Shown: positions 1-12,259 of the stretch, one piece after another
Layout of the letters: each line of letters opens with the position of its first letter
Numbering within the stretch: the first letter of the stretch is position 1
Assembly: GCF_006345805.1 (NCBI RefSeq)
Contig: NC_043004.1
Coordinates: 10,540,001-10,604,000 of the forward strand
DNA from: Octopus sinensis
Lineage: Eukaryota
DNA length: 64,000 nucleotides
Direction: 5' to 3'
Notes under the pieces: model-generated
What the model saw: only the letters and a program-made list of their open reading frames with translations
What the model was told of the DNA's origin: nothing
Database searches by the model: none
Position numbers and translations under genes: made by a program

Positions 1-105
1 TGTCAATCGGGCACACCACAGTTGTGGTTCTCAATCATTTTAATACTCGAGCAGATCTAAAACTTGAACTTTTTTAGGGGGTTTCACCAAAGAAGTACAA
101 CATTA

Positions 106-523
106 TAGGCGCAGGAATGGCTGTCTGGTACGTAGCCTGCTTACCAACCACATGGCTCCGTGTTCAGTTCCACTGCGTGGCACCTTAGGCAAGTGCATTC
201 TACTGTAGCCTCGAGCTAACCAAAGCCTTGTGAGTGGATTTGGTAGACGGAAACTGAAAGAAGACCGTCGTATATATATATATATATATATATATACATG
301 TGTGTGTGTGTGTGTTTGTGTGTCTGTGTTTTTCCTCCAACATCGATTGACAACCGATGGTGGTGTGTTTACGTTCCCGTAACTTAGCGGTTCGGCAAAA
401 GAGACCGATAGAATAAGTACTAGGCTTACAAAGAATAAGTCCTGGGGTCGATTTACTCAACTAAAGGCGGTGCTCCAGCATGGCCGCAGTCAAATGACTG
501 AAACAAGTAAAAGAGTAAAAGAG
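106..523 (+). mobile_element. tRNA-derived SINE, family A (full length, internal TA/TG microsatellite)
   Basis: tRNA-like head (GGCTGTCTGGTA...GTTCAGTTCCAC), central CCTTAGGCAAGTG...ACGGAAACTGAAAGAAG domain, internal (TA)n(TG)n, tail ...GGTGCTCCAGCATGGCCGCAGTC...AAAAGAGTAAAAGAG; the same layout recurs more than 10 times in the window. Confidence 0.9.
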
Positions 524-959
524 TATAAGCCAAGGAGAAAATTGGTATATTTATTTAGGCAAGACTGCCGAGAGCCGCCAGAAAGATGCTTGAGGGCCGA
601 ATGCAGCTGCAGAAGCAGCGGTTGAAAGCCCCTGCACTATAGTGAATTTCCAAAAATTCATACATAGATGAAGGCTGACGGAGAGATAAGATAGAGAACG
701 TATGAAATAGGTAGGGAGATAGAAAGAGAGAGGACAGATGGGGAGAGAGACAGAAATGGGAAGAGAGAGAGATTGGAGAGTTTGGTGAGCTTGTGGGCTA
801 GATTTGGGACAAGTTGTTTCAGAGCAATGGCAGGGAAATTATTAGAGCAGGTGGTTTATTGGTTTTTTGAGGCAACCAGTAATATTCGGGGAAGAGGATA
901 GATCTGTAGATTTGCGAATCGTGTATCGTGTGAAGTTGGATAGAAGTGGATTTCTCTCA

Positions 960-1016
960 GGGTGAACAACTATAACGACCACTATCGTCCCTACCACCGC
1001 CACCGCCACCGCCACC

Positions 1017-1048
<32 letters not shown>

Positions 1049-1468
1049 CAAAAACAAAACCACGATGACCTTAACAAACACTGCCTTTTCCACAACCAAT
1101 GCCATTACCACCGCTACCATTTTCATCACAATTATCATCATCGTCGTCATCGTCGTCGTAGTCCTGCACCTCCTGCTCCTCCTCAACACCGCCACAACCA
1201 CCACCACCACCACCATCATCGTCATCATCATCACCATCGTCATCCTCCTCTTCATCATCATCATCAAGAACAACAGCATCATCATCATCAGCGTAACTAG
1301 CAAAACCATCAGCACCGCAACCCACACCACAGCAACACCCATCACCATTAATCACTCGCCGCATCCACGATCACCACGTCGACTACCACCACTCTCAACG
1401 CGATGCTGCTGCTGCTGCTCTTGTTATTGCCGCTGCGGCTGCTACTGCTGATAATGATAATGATAATA

Positions 1469-1500
<32 letters not shown>

Positions 1501-1669
1501 TTACAGCAGCCGTATCCTTGCCACCACCGTCGCTACCACCACCGCATGCACCGCGATTTGTCTCCAGTGACATTAATTTCATTAGCAGCATATAATTTGG
1601 TTACTGGTGTATTATGGCTACAAGATGGCGGCAAAGATGGAAACTACAACAGGAATAACAACAACAACA

Positions 1670-1738
<69 letters not shown>

Positions 1739-1824
1739 ACAGCTGCTGCTGCTACTACTACTACTGCTGCCACTACTACTACTACTACTACTACTACTGC
1801 TGCTGCTGCTGATGATGATGATGA

Positions 1825-1882
<58 letters not shown>

Positions 1883-2044
1883 GCTGCTACTGCTACTACT
1901 GTTGCTTCCGCTGCTTTCGCTGCTGGCGCTGTTGCTGGTGCTGCTTCAAGGTAAGTAATAGTGAGAAAAAGGGAAAGAAAAGGAGAACGTTAAAATCCAA
2001 TTATAACAGCACTAACGATATGAATAACAACAGCAACATCGATG

Positions 2045-2090
<46 letters not shown>

Positions 2091-2110
2091 TGATGATGAT
2101 GATGATGGTG

Positions 2111-2146
<36 letters not shown>

Positions 2147-2295
2147 TCAATAATAATTATTATAATGATGATGATGATGATAATAATAATAGTAATAATA
2201 ATAATAGCAATAATAATTATAATAATGATGATGATAATAATAATAATAACAATGATATTAACAAAAACAACAATAACAGCAACAACAACAACAAC

Positions 2296-2344
<49 letters not shown>

Positions 2345-2345
2345 G
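960..2345. repeat. Compound trinucleotide microsatellite field (CAC, CAA, CAT, TAC, TGC, GAT, AAT)
   Basis: Directly visible tracts; source of the H/Q/T/N/I-rich ORFs in the track. Confidence 0.95.
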
Positions 2346-2982
2346 CCTGAAGTTAATACAAAACTCAACGACAACGTGGCGAACTGAACTCACAGCATGG
2401 GGAGATAAGCTGGGAGGGGTAAATATCAAAAGAGGAATCTTTCAAGGGGACACTCTGTCGCCTCTCCAACTTGTCTGCATACTGCCACTAACCAACGTTT
2501 TAAGAAAGATGCGTGTGGGGTACATGCTAGGCAGGGTGAAAGTAAAACAACTTGTGGTTTATGGATGACCTAAAGCTATTTGCTAAGACTGCCGTCGTCG
2601 GAGGTTATTAAGCAGATAGAAGAGACGGACGATAAGTACTTGGGGGATATTGAAAATGGATAAATTGACGGAGAAAGAAATGAGAGAAAAACCTAAGGCG
2701 AATTACTTGCGCAGACTGAGACTGATCCTTAAGTCGAAATTAAACGGACGGAATATGATTGGAGCTATCAACATCTAGGCGGTTTCACTTCTTAGATATG
2801 AAGCAGGGGAAATCGAATGGACAGTAAACAGAAGGACAAGGAAATTGCTGATTGGATATGGGATACTCCATCCAAAATCTGACACAGACAGACTGTATGT
2901 ACCAAGAAAAAAAAGGTACTGATTGGATGCGATCACAGCATTAGAACTGATGAAAACAACATAGCATGGTATATAAAAATGC

Positions 2983-3210
2983 GGCGAGCTGGCAGAAACG
3001 TTAGCGCACCAGGCGAAATGCTTAGCGGTATTTCGTCTGTCGTTACGTTCTGAGTTCAAATTCCGCCGAGGTCGACTTTGCCTTTCATCCTTTCGGGGTC
3101 GATAAATAAAGTACCAGTTTCGCACTGGGGTCGATGTAATCGACTTAATACCTATGTCTGTCCTTGTTTGTTCCCTCTGTGTTTAGCTCCTTGTGTGTAA
3201 TAAAGAAATA
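2983..3210 (+). mobile_element. SINE family B inserted into the Dong LINE
   Basis: GGCGAGCTGGCAGAAACGTTAG...GAGTTCAAATTCCGCCGAGGTCGAC body; 15-bp TSD GGTATATAAAAATGC at 2968-2982 and 3211-3225. Confidence 0.92.
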
Positions 3211-4100
3211 GGTATATAAAAATGCCACCGAACCGCTATTATTGGAAGTAAGAAGGTCAGGCTTGTGTAGGATGGAAGATTGCAAAGATAAAGCTCTGTA
3301 GAAGCACTTGAGAATGAAAAAAACTGAAAATAAGTGGATACAGAAATGCATGGACAATTTCATAGGGACGGTGAAGATAAAAAAGATAAAAAAGATAAAA
3401 ATATGGCTATGGCTCATATAAATTGATTTAAAATCGGAAACAGAGGCTCTAATCAGTGTTGCCCAAGAGCAAGTATTAAGAAAGTGACAAGTGCTGAATT
3501 TGTGGAAAAGATGGTGAAACCGTATGGCATATTACCAGCCAATGTACGCTACTAGCCCAGAAAGAATATAAGAGACGTCATGACAGCATAGCAAGGATTG
3601 TCCATTGGACACTTTGCAAAAAGTAAAGACTTGACAGAGCAAAAAGGTGGTACGAACATAAACCCGAAGACATCATCGAAAATGATAATGTAAGATCCTA
3701 TGGTATTTAATGATTTAATGCGACCATGAGATAGAGAATAGGAAACCGAGAAAGAAAGCAAACGACGCAGGATCATAGATATAGCGTGCCCAGCTAACAA
3801 CAAGGTATGCGATAAAGAAGAAAGAAAAGTCAATAGATATAGCAGGTTAGCTTGGGAGGTTAAGCAGTTGTGGTCGATGAAAAAGGTGGTAGTAGTACCA
3901 ATGATTGTTGCAGCCTTTGGAACAGTGAAGTACATGGAACAAATAGGGGGTGCAATAAGAGTAGAGCACTTGCAGAAAACAGCACTGCTGGGAACCGCTG
4001 GAATACTCTGGATGGTGCTCGAAAAATAAGAGGTGTTGCCTTAGTTCACTAGTAGTGAACAGCTGACACCGTACTACATCTCCAACGTTAGAAGCTTTGC

Positions 4101-4486
4101 GTGGAGGCGCAATGGCCCAGTGGTTAGGGCAGCGGACACGCGGTCGTAGGATCGCGGTTTCGATTCTCAGACCGGGCGTTGTGAGTGTTTATTGAGCGAA
4201 AACACCTAAGCTCCACGAGGCTCCGGCAGGGGATGGTGGTGATCCCTGCTGTACTCTTTCACCACAACTTTCTCTCACTCTTACTTCCTGTTTTTGTTGT
4301 ACCTGTATTTCAAAGGGCCGGCCTTGTCACTCTCTTTGTCACGCTGAATATCCCCGAGAACTACGTTAAGGGGTACACGTGTCTGTGGAGTGCTCAGCCA
4401 CTTACACGTTAATTTCACGAGTAGGCTGTTCCGTTGATCGGATCAACCGGAACCCTCGTCGTCGTAACCGACGGAGTGCAAGAAGA
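4101..4486 (+). mobile_element. SINE family C (tRNA-like head) inserted into the Dong 3' UTR
   Basis: Head GGAGGCGCAATGGCCCAGTGGTTAGGGCAGCGG...GGTTTCGATTC; TSD AGAAGCTTTGC at 4090-4100 and 4487-4497. Confidence 0.9.
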
Positions 4487-4589
4487 AGAAGCTTTGCAAA
4501 GATAATAAAACAACAACAACATTTGAGTGGGATGGGCTAATCGACCTGAAGAAAATTCTAACTGGGCCCCCACCTGCAAGAAACTATTA

Positions 4590-4965
4590 ACAAAACAAAC
4601 TATGCTGGATCATAGACATAGCATGCCCAGCTAACAACAAGGTATGCGATAAGGAAGAAAGAAAAGTCGAGAGATATGACAGGTTAGCTTGGGAAGTTAA
4701 GCAGTTGTTGTCGATGAAAAAGGTAACAGTACTACCAATAATTATCGGAGCCCTGGGAACAGTGAGCAAAAATCTCGAGAGGTAGGTGGAACAAATAGGG
4801 GCTGCAATAAGCGTGGAGCACTTGCAGACAACAGCACTGGTTGGAAACGCTCGAATACTCCAGATGGTGCTCGAAAAATAAGAGGTGTTACCTTAGTTCA
4901 CTGGTAGTGAACAGCTGACAATGTAGTACACCTCCAGCGTTAGGAGCTGTGCAGAGGGTAAAATA
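4590..4965 (+). mobile_element. Second 3' fragment of the same R4/Dong family
   Basis: Clearly homologous to ~3770-4100 (GGATCATAGAC/TATAGC..GCCCAGCTAACAACAAGGTATGCGATAA; GGATGGTGCTCGAAAAATAAGAGGTGTT); ends in a TAA-rich tail. Confidence 0.85.
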
Positions 4966-5151
4966 ATAGTAATGATAATTATCATTATTATCTCAAAATT
5001 TTGCCGCAAGGGCAGCTTGGGGGAGGGGAGGATGAGTCGATTACACCGACCCTAGTGTTCAACTGCTGCTTATTTTATCGCCCCCGAAATGATAAAAGGC
5101 AAAGTCGACCTCGGCGGAATTTGAACTCAAAACGTAACGGCAGACGAAATA

Positions 5152-5387
5152 CCTATTTCTTTACTACCCACAAGGGGCTAAACAAAGAGAGGACAAACAA
5201 GGACAGACAAACGGATTAAGTCGATTATATCGATCCCAGTGCGTAACTGGTACTGAATCTATGGACCCCGAAAGGATGAAAGGCAAAGTCGACCTTGGCG
5301 GAATTTGAACTCAGAACGTAACGGCAGACGAAATACGGCTACGTATTTCGCCCGGCGTGCTAACGTTTCGGCCAGCTCGCCGCCTTA
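5152..5387 (-). mobile_element. SINE family B, with an older partial copy at ~4995-5150
   Basis: Reverse complement of the 2983-3210 body. Confidence 0.88.
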
Positions 5388-6573
5388 AGTAATGATAATA
5401 ATAATAATGATGATGATGATGATGATGATTATGATGATAATGATGATGATGAAGATAGCAGAAGCTATGACAACAAGAACATAGAAAGAAAATAATGTTG
5501 TCTTAATCAAGAGTAGCAATACCAAGGCCACTACTGATCTGTAATATGAATTTTGTCAGGTTATACAAATTTGTTTTGTTTTTGGAGCTGAGAGGCCTTC
5601 AATATATGCAAAACTTTCTTAGTTCTTAGAAAATACTAGATCGTGAGCATAATGTACTCTTGTACTCTTCCTTCCTATGATAAGACTTTAAGTATTTCGA
5701 TTCACAAAAAATCATTGAGTTTTTATGTAGTCGTTCAGTGCGCTGAAATACATAAATTTTATACTGGTTTAAAACCTTTTTCGTTCCGAGTATCTGCGCT
5801 TCAAGAACAAATAGCACCTAGAACAGCTTTTCTTTTCTCCTTTTGAGGTTAGTAAAAAAAATATCATGTCCAGAGCGGAGGATGGAGTGAACTATAAGAA
5901 GGTCTTGCCACATAAGTTCCGCCTCTTTGAGTTCATAATTCGGATTCCGAGACAGTCAACTTGTGAGGTAGGCTCAATCCGACATTCCGTTATATGCCAC
6001 CGTGTAGATTACTTTGGCAGAGCCCATTTTCGAAGAGTAAAGATAATTTCTTCTTTATTTTTTATCAGCCAGTACAGTATAATATGTGAAATGTCATAGG
6101 CACTAACTGTCCACTTGGCTAGGGTTACATTTCGTACGATTAATTATAACAATATGTGAATAGAAGTTGTAATGTTCATGGGTGGAATAACTTTTCAGCC
6201 TTTCCGAGATTGCATAACAACAACATTATCAAGACCTTCATCAGCAGCAACACTAAACGAACTAACACAACTACAATCTGTCACAGTGCCCAACAGCAAC
6301 ATTAATGAAAGAGCGCCGTTATGTGGTCGCTTGAGATGCTAGAAATAGATGCAGATTTCTGCTTTGGCAACTTAATGTTTTAAGCGAAAAGACCACACTG
6401 GATAATATGGTCCCTGATACCCTGTCTGAAAACAAGGAAAAATAGATGAGATTTGTTCTTTTTATACATATAGCGATGGTGGTGGTCGTGGTGGTCGTGG
6501 TGATGATGGTACAGGTGGGTGTTCATATGCATGTAATTATTGTGGTACTATTTGTTATTGTTGTTGTTGTTGC

Positions 6574-6605
<32 letters not shown>

Positions 6606-6923
6606 TTGGTGGTGGTGAAGATGGTGGTGATAGCGTTGTTGATCTGACTGGAATGTCAGGGGTGGCTGTCGTTCAGATGTTCTGAACCTTACCGTTAAGG
6701 CGATGAAATGGCCAAAAAGAAATAATAAAATAAAAAAGGAAAAAATCTTTGACGCATCGGATAAAATGGCTTCCGACTTTCATTCCAACTCTTTTCTCTT
6801 TGAGTTCAAATCACGCTTGAGTCAACTTTGTCTTTCACATTTTTCAGGGTCCGTAAATCCATGAATACAGACATTAACAATCTGGTACTGAGGAAGAATT
6901 ACGTCTTTCTTACTCTCTCTCTT

Positions 6924-6964
<41 letters not shown>

Positions 6965-7019
6965 TTTTCTCTCTCTCTTTCACACACACACACACTCACA
7001 CACACACACACACACACTC

Positions 7020-8354
7020 ACACACACACTCACACACTCTCTCTCTCTCTCTCGTTTTTTGTCTTTATCTTTATAATTTTCCCTCCATCTTTTCAGTACA
7101 TACATGCATGGGAACTTTTATGTAGTCACGCAACGTACTTAAAAGTTAGATCCCCTACCAGCCATATTTGCAGTTTGAATAATAAAAAAGGAATTTGGGG
7201 TCATATGAACATGGACCAATAAAAAAGAAGGTATGTCTGTGAATAGAACATATTTTATTCATGTTCAACTCAATAAGGGTTGACTCTATGTTAATCGTCA
7301 ATAAGAGCTGACTCAACATCAACCCTCAATGAAAGCTGATTCGATGCCAACCGTCAATGAGAGCTGTTTCGACGTCAACCATTAATGAGGGCTGACTCCA
7401 CATCAACCCTCAATAAGAACTGACAACAGCAAGAAAAATAACAAAATTGCTAGCGGGTTCCCCGCCGATGACCAGGGTGTGTACTTAGAGAGAACCATAT
7501 GAAATATGTGTGCAGGTGACTGAATAATTATTCTACAGATATCGTTCATCTTCTTTTAAATTCTGGTAAAGGTACTTATTCGATCGGTATCTTTTGCCGA
7601 CCCGTCAGATTTCACTGACGTAAACCAACCAATACTGGTTGTCAAGCAGTGAGGTGTAACAAACAAAAAAGGCACACACACACACCACACACACACACTC
7701 ACACACACACTCACACACTCTCTCTCTCTCTCTCTCGTTTTTTGTCTTTATCTTTATAATTTTCCCTCCATCTTTTCAGTACATACATGCATGGGAACTT
7801 TTATGTAGTCACGCAACGTACTTAAAAGTTAGATCCCCTACCAGCCATATTTGCAGTTTGAATAATAAAAAAGGAATTTGGGGTCATATGAACATGGACC
7901 AATAAAAAAGAAGGTATGTCTGTGAATAGAACATATTTTATTCATGTTCAACTCAATAAGGGTTGACTCTATGTTAATCGTCAATAAGAGCTGACTCAAC
8001 ATCAACCCTCAATGAAAGCTGATTCGATGCCAACCGTCAATGAGAGCTGTTTCGACGTCAACCATTAATGAGGGCTGACTCCACATCAACCCTCAATAAG
8101 AACTGACAACAGCAAGAAAAATAACAAAATTGCTAGCGGGTTCCCCGCCGATGACCAGGGTGTGTACTTAGAGAGAACCATATGAAATATGTGTGCAGGT
8201 GACTGAATATTATTCTACAGATATCGTTCATCTTCTTTTAAATTCTGGTAAAGGTACTTATTCGATCGGTATCTTTTGCCGACCCGTCAGATTTCACTGA
8301 CGTAAACCAACCAATACTGGTTGTCAAGCAGTGAGGTGTAACAAACAAAAAAGG

Positions 8355-8372
<18 letters not shown>
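7020..8372 (+). repeat. Tandem direct duplication, period ~683 bp, inside the inverted-repeat spacer
   Basis: GTCTTTATCT at 7061 and 7744; GGCACACAC at 7671 and 8353; units near-identical; junction lies in (CA)n tracts. Confidence 0.95.
7270..7424 (+). repeat. Degenerate 28-bp minisatellite, ~5.5 units (second copy ~7953-8107)
   Basis: Units such as TCAATAAGAGCTGACTCAACATCAACCC and TCAATGAGAGCTGTTTCGACGTCAACCA. Confidence 0.8.
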
Positions 8373-8391
<19 letters not shown>

Positions 8392-8560
8392 GCGTGTATA
8401 CGATGGACTTCAGCACAGTTTTGTTTACCAAATTCACTCACAAGATATTGGTCGGCTCCGAGCTCTAGTGGAAGGCACTTGTCCAAAGTGCAACATAGTG
8501 GGACTGAACCTGAAACCAGGTGGTTACAAAGTGGACTTCTTAACCACACAGCCACGCCTT
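8245..8560 (-). mobile_element. Diverged SINE family A (tail half duplicated at ~7565-7690)
   Basis: Reverse complement of family A head, central domain and partial tail. Confidence 0.75.
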
Positions 8561-8746
8561 TGCTAATAAATTTTGCGTTTCCAGCCGAATCAGAAAAAAA
8601 CAGATATTACGAGGTTGAGCATTTGAATCACATGTACTGAAAAGATGGAGGGAAAATTATAAAGATAAAGACAAAAAACGAGAGAGAGAGAGAGAGAGTG
8701 TGAGTGTGTGTGTGAGTGTGTGTGTGTGTGAAAGAGAGAGAGAAAA

Positions 8747-8791
<45 letters not shown>

Positions 8792-9109
8792 AAGAGAGAG
8801 AGTAAGAAAGACGTAATTCTTCCTCAGTACCAGATTGTTAATGTCTGTATTCATGGATTTACGGACCCTGAAAAATGTGAAAGACAAAGTTGACTCAAGC
8901 GTGATTTGAACTCAAAGAGAAAAGAGTTGGAATGAAAGTCGGAAGCCATTTTATCCGATGCGTCAAAGATTTTTTCCTTTTTTATTTTATTATTTCTTTT
9001 TGGCCATTTCATCGCCTTAACGGTAAGGTTCAGAACATCTGAACGACAGCCACCCCTGACATTCCAGTCAGATCAACAACGCTATCACCACCATCTTCAC
9101 CACCACCAA

Positions 9110-9150
<41 letters not shown>

Positions 9151-9818
9151 GCAACAACAACAACAATAACAAATAGTACCACAATAATTACATGCATATG
9201 AACACCCACCTGTACCATCATCACCACGACCACCACGACCACCACCATCGCTATATGTATAAAAAGAACAACAGCAATAGCACTAGAGCCAATACAACGG
9301 TGCCGACCGCCACTGCCGCCGCTACTGCCAACGTATTAACAACAGGCACAACAAGAACAACAACATCACCAATAACAACAACAACAACAATAACAGCAGC
9401 AGTAACAGCAGCAGAAACGAAGTAGAACAATTAGAAATAAGTTCATTTATCATTTTAATAGGCAGAAGTGTGCGGGAAAATAATTGATTACTGTTAGTTA
9501 GAGTAAAAAGTGTGTTTGGTAACAATTATAGGAAATATATGGAAGGCGGAGTGACGGGAGGGTAAAGATGGGCTGGGTAAGAGTGGGCGTAGAGAAAACA
9601 GGAGAGGAAAAAAAGGAGGGAGTGAGTGAGAGGGAGAGAGAGAGAGAGAGTGGTGGGAGAGTGAGTTATTTGCTTCGATGTTTAAGATTGAGCATCGTTG
9701 AATGATGACAAATGTGTCTCGTTAAAATCTTTCAAAATCTGCCATGAATAGAGTGAAGGGGGGGTGGGGCGGATGAAATGTAAATGTAATTCTAAAAGTA
9801 TTTCCAAGTTCTTTTGGG

Positions 9819-9819
<1 letters not shown>

Positions 9820-9914
<95 letters not shown>

Positions 9915-10076
9915 CAACATCATCATCATCATCGTCGTCGCCGTCATCGCCATCATCTTCATCTACGTCGGTGTCGGTGTCATCATCATCGTCGTCATCA
10001 TGATCGTCACTATTATCTTGGCCATCATCATCATCATCATCATCATCATCTTCATCATCATCATCATCACCACCAC

Positions 10077-10118
<42 letters not shown>

Positions 10119-10232
10119 CAACATCATCATCATCACCATCATCGTCGTCGCCGTCATCGCCATCATCTTCATCTACGTCGGTGTCGGTATCATCATCATC
10201 GTCGTCATCATGATCGTCACTATTATCTTGGC

Positions 10233-10263
<31 letters not shown>

Positions 10264-10280
10264 TTCATCATCATCATCAA
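9820..10280. repeat. (CAT)n field with a ~204-bp higher-order duplication
   Basis: TCCTCAACATC at 9911 and 10115, each followed by the same interrupted block (CATCTACGTCGGTGTCGGT...CACTATTATCTTGGCC). Confidence 0.9.
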
Positions 10281-10491
10281 CATAAGCTTCACGATTCTTT
10301 TCCACTGCAACTTTCTCTTTACTCCTCTTCTAATTTTCTCATCATATTCCTCTCCTTTTCTCTTACTTATCCTGCTCCGCTTTCCCCACCTCCATTCTTC
10401 ATCTCGTACCTTTTAAAAACATGATCCCCTCTGACCCGTTTATGGTACCCAATTTCCAAAAACATTTGCGTTCTCTACACCGAGTAAGTAA

Positions 10492-10985
10492 CTTATCGCT
10501 CAATACATCCAGTTTACCCTCCATATTTCATCGCTCAATACATCCAGTTTACCCTCCATATTTCATCGCTCAATACATCCAGTTTACCCTCCATATTTCA
10601 TCGCTCAATACATCCAGTTTACCCTCCATATTTCATCGCTCAATACATCCAGTTTACCCTCCATATTTCATCGCTCAATACATCCAGTTTACCCTCCATA
10701 TTTCATCGCTCAATACATCCAGTTTACCCTCCATATTTCATCGCTCAATACATCCAGTTTACCTCCATATTTCATCGCTCAATACATCCAGTTTACCCTC
10801 CATATTTCATCGCTCATACATCCAGTTTACCCTCCATATTTCATCGCTCAATACATCCAGTTTACCCTCCATATTTCATCGCTCAATACATCCAGTTTAC
10901 CCTCCATATTTCATCGCTCAATACATCCAGTTTACCCTCCATATTTCATCGCTCAATACATCCAGTTTACCCTCCATATTTCATA
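10492..10985 (+). repeat. 35-bp minisatellite, ~14 near-identical units
   Basis: Unit ATTTCATCGCTCAATACATCCAGTTTACCCTCCAT; CAATACATCC at 10501 and 10536; rare 1-bp deletions. Confidence 0.97.
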
Positions 10986-11260
10986 ATACCTGGTACACTT
11001 AACATATCCATCTAGGAAATTTCACTTATATAACACAGATTCAAGACAAGTGGCTGAAAGCAATAAAACAAACTAGCACGTTTCTTTACTTTCGTAATAA
11101 TTGACAATTTTCATAATAGGATATATTGAAGCCTCGGGTGTAAAAAGCAATTGCATTTAAAGTTATTATGACACTAGATGTGTTGTTGTTCTTTGCACAC
11201 TCACCCATACCGAGGTCAAATTTGATTAAACAACCGGAGAAAAGTTTAAAATATTAGACG

Positions 11261-11433
11261 TAGGCATAGGAGTGGTTGTGTGGTAAGTAGCTTGCTTACG
11301 AAACACATGGTTCCGGGTTCATTCCCACTGCGTGGCACCTTGGCCAAGTGTCTTCTACTACAGCCTCGAGCCGACCAAAGCCTTGCGAGTGGATTTGGTA
11401 GACGGAAACTGAAAGAAGCCCGTCGTATATATG

Positions 11434-11480
<47 letters not shown>

Positions 11481-11700
11481 GTGTGTATATATTTGTGTGT
11501 CTGTGTTTGTCCTCACAATATCGCTTGACAACTGATGCTGGTGTGCTTACTACCCCGTAACTTAGCGGTTCGGCAAAAGATACCGATGGATAAGTACTAG
11601 GCTTACAAAGAATAAGTCCTGGGGTCGATTTGCTCGACTAAAGGTGGTGCTCCAGCAAGGCCACAGTCAAATGACTGAAGCAAGTAATAGAGTAAAAGAG
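11261..11700 (+). mobile_element. SINE family A, full length
   Basis: Same head, central domain, microsatellite and tail as 106-523. Confidence 0.9.
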
Positions 11701-11929
11701 AGAAAGAGAGTATCTTCATAGTAATGTGATAGTGGATAATGCAATGATAGCGACTAGAATAAAAAATAAAACATTCAATAAAATAGCAAAAATTCATAAG
11801 TTGATAAACAAAATGGTTCTGCTCGTTCTTATTGTTATAAGTGAAAGTGAAAGTTTGTCTGAAGCCTACAGGGGCTTATTAGACAGCAGCTTCTTTCGGT
11901 TCTCGTCATTTTTAAGTAGACGAGAATAC

Positions 11930-12130
11930 TAGACTCCGACTAATTTTGAACGACACACAAGTCCGATGCAAGGTTAATTCCAGCTGCTACAAGTACTAAT
12001 TTCCAGTTGAGTGAACTGAAGCAAAGTGAAATGGTGCGCTTTGCTCAAGGAAACAATTCGACACTCGGGGTCCAAGAATCAAGATACAAAGTAAAAATCA
12101 CGAAACCAACAACTTAACCACTAACGCGCT
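11930..12130 (-). mobile_element. Degraded tRNA-derived SINE, family D-like (related copies ~20100-20295 and ~54200-54345)
   Basis: GTGAACTGAAGCAAAGTGAAAT...TTGCTCAAGGA...CTTAACCACT resembles the reverse complement of the 22412 element. Confidence 0.5.
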
Positions 12131-12259
12131 TTCGCATTTCTTATATGTTGGAAACACGAAGCTGCATATTTACATATGGACACCGTTTAATTGTTTTAAC
12201 TTAAAAATAAGAACCATTACGTTCAACCAACAAACTTGTATTATACACGGTGTTTAAAT

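Larger units (their letters stand above)
2346..4510 (+). mobile_element. 5'-truncated, degraded R4/Dong-clade non-LTR retrotransposon (RT plus REL endonuclease), interrupted by two SINEs
   Basis: Translates to WRTELT...IKRGIFQGDTLSPL, frameshifted (F)MDDLKLFAK, then IIDIACPANNKVCDKEERKVNRY and EHLQKTALLG at the C-terminus. Starts directly after an (AAT)n tract and ends AAAGATAATAA. Confidence 0.85.
6453..9271. repeat. Long inverted repeat, arms 6453-7101 and 8632-9271
   Basis: Arms are reverse complements by eye, differing mainly in microsatellite lengths; the ORF track shows the same peptides on opposite strands (6446+/9030-; 6828+/8657-). Confidence 0.95.

Noticed and set aside
842-2568. 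His/Gln/Thr/Asn/Ile-rich ORFs
   Set aside because: Translations of trinucleotide microsatellites, open in several frames; only the end of 2020-2568 is meaningful, and it is the Dong RT relic.
4101-4180. tRNA-like heads as real tRNA genes (also 22412, 34201, 45660-45742)
   Set aside because: They continue into shared SINE bodies, have TSDs in some copies, and lack a complete acceptor stem.
5620-5860. Possible piggyBac-like Cys-rich terminus on the minus strand
   Set aside because: Only one CxxC-like motif among stops; no TTAA or TIR evidence.
9682-10305. 207-aa Asp-rich ORF resembling an acidic biomineralisation protein
   Set aside because: Reverse complement of a (CAT)n field with a 204-bp duplication; open in several frames, no signal peptide or splice evidence.
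10421-11002. 35-bp array as a CRISPR or a 193-aa repeat protein
   Set aside because: Units are contiguous with no unique spacers, there are no cas genes, the context is eukaryotic, and the ORF merely cycles through frames of the unit.
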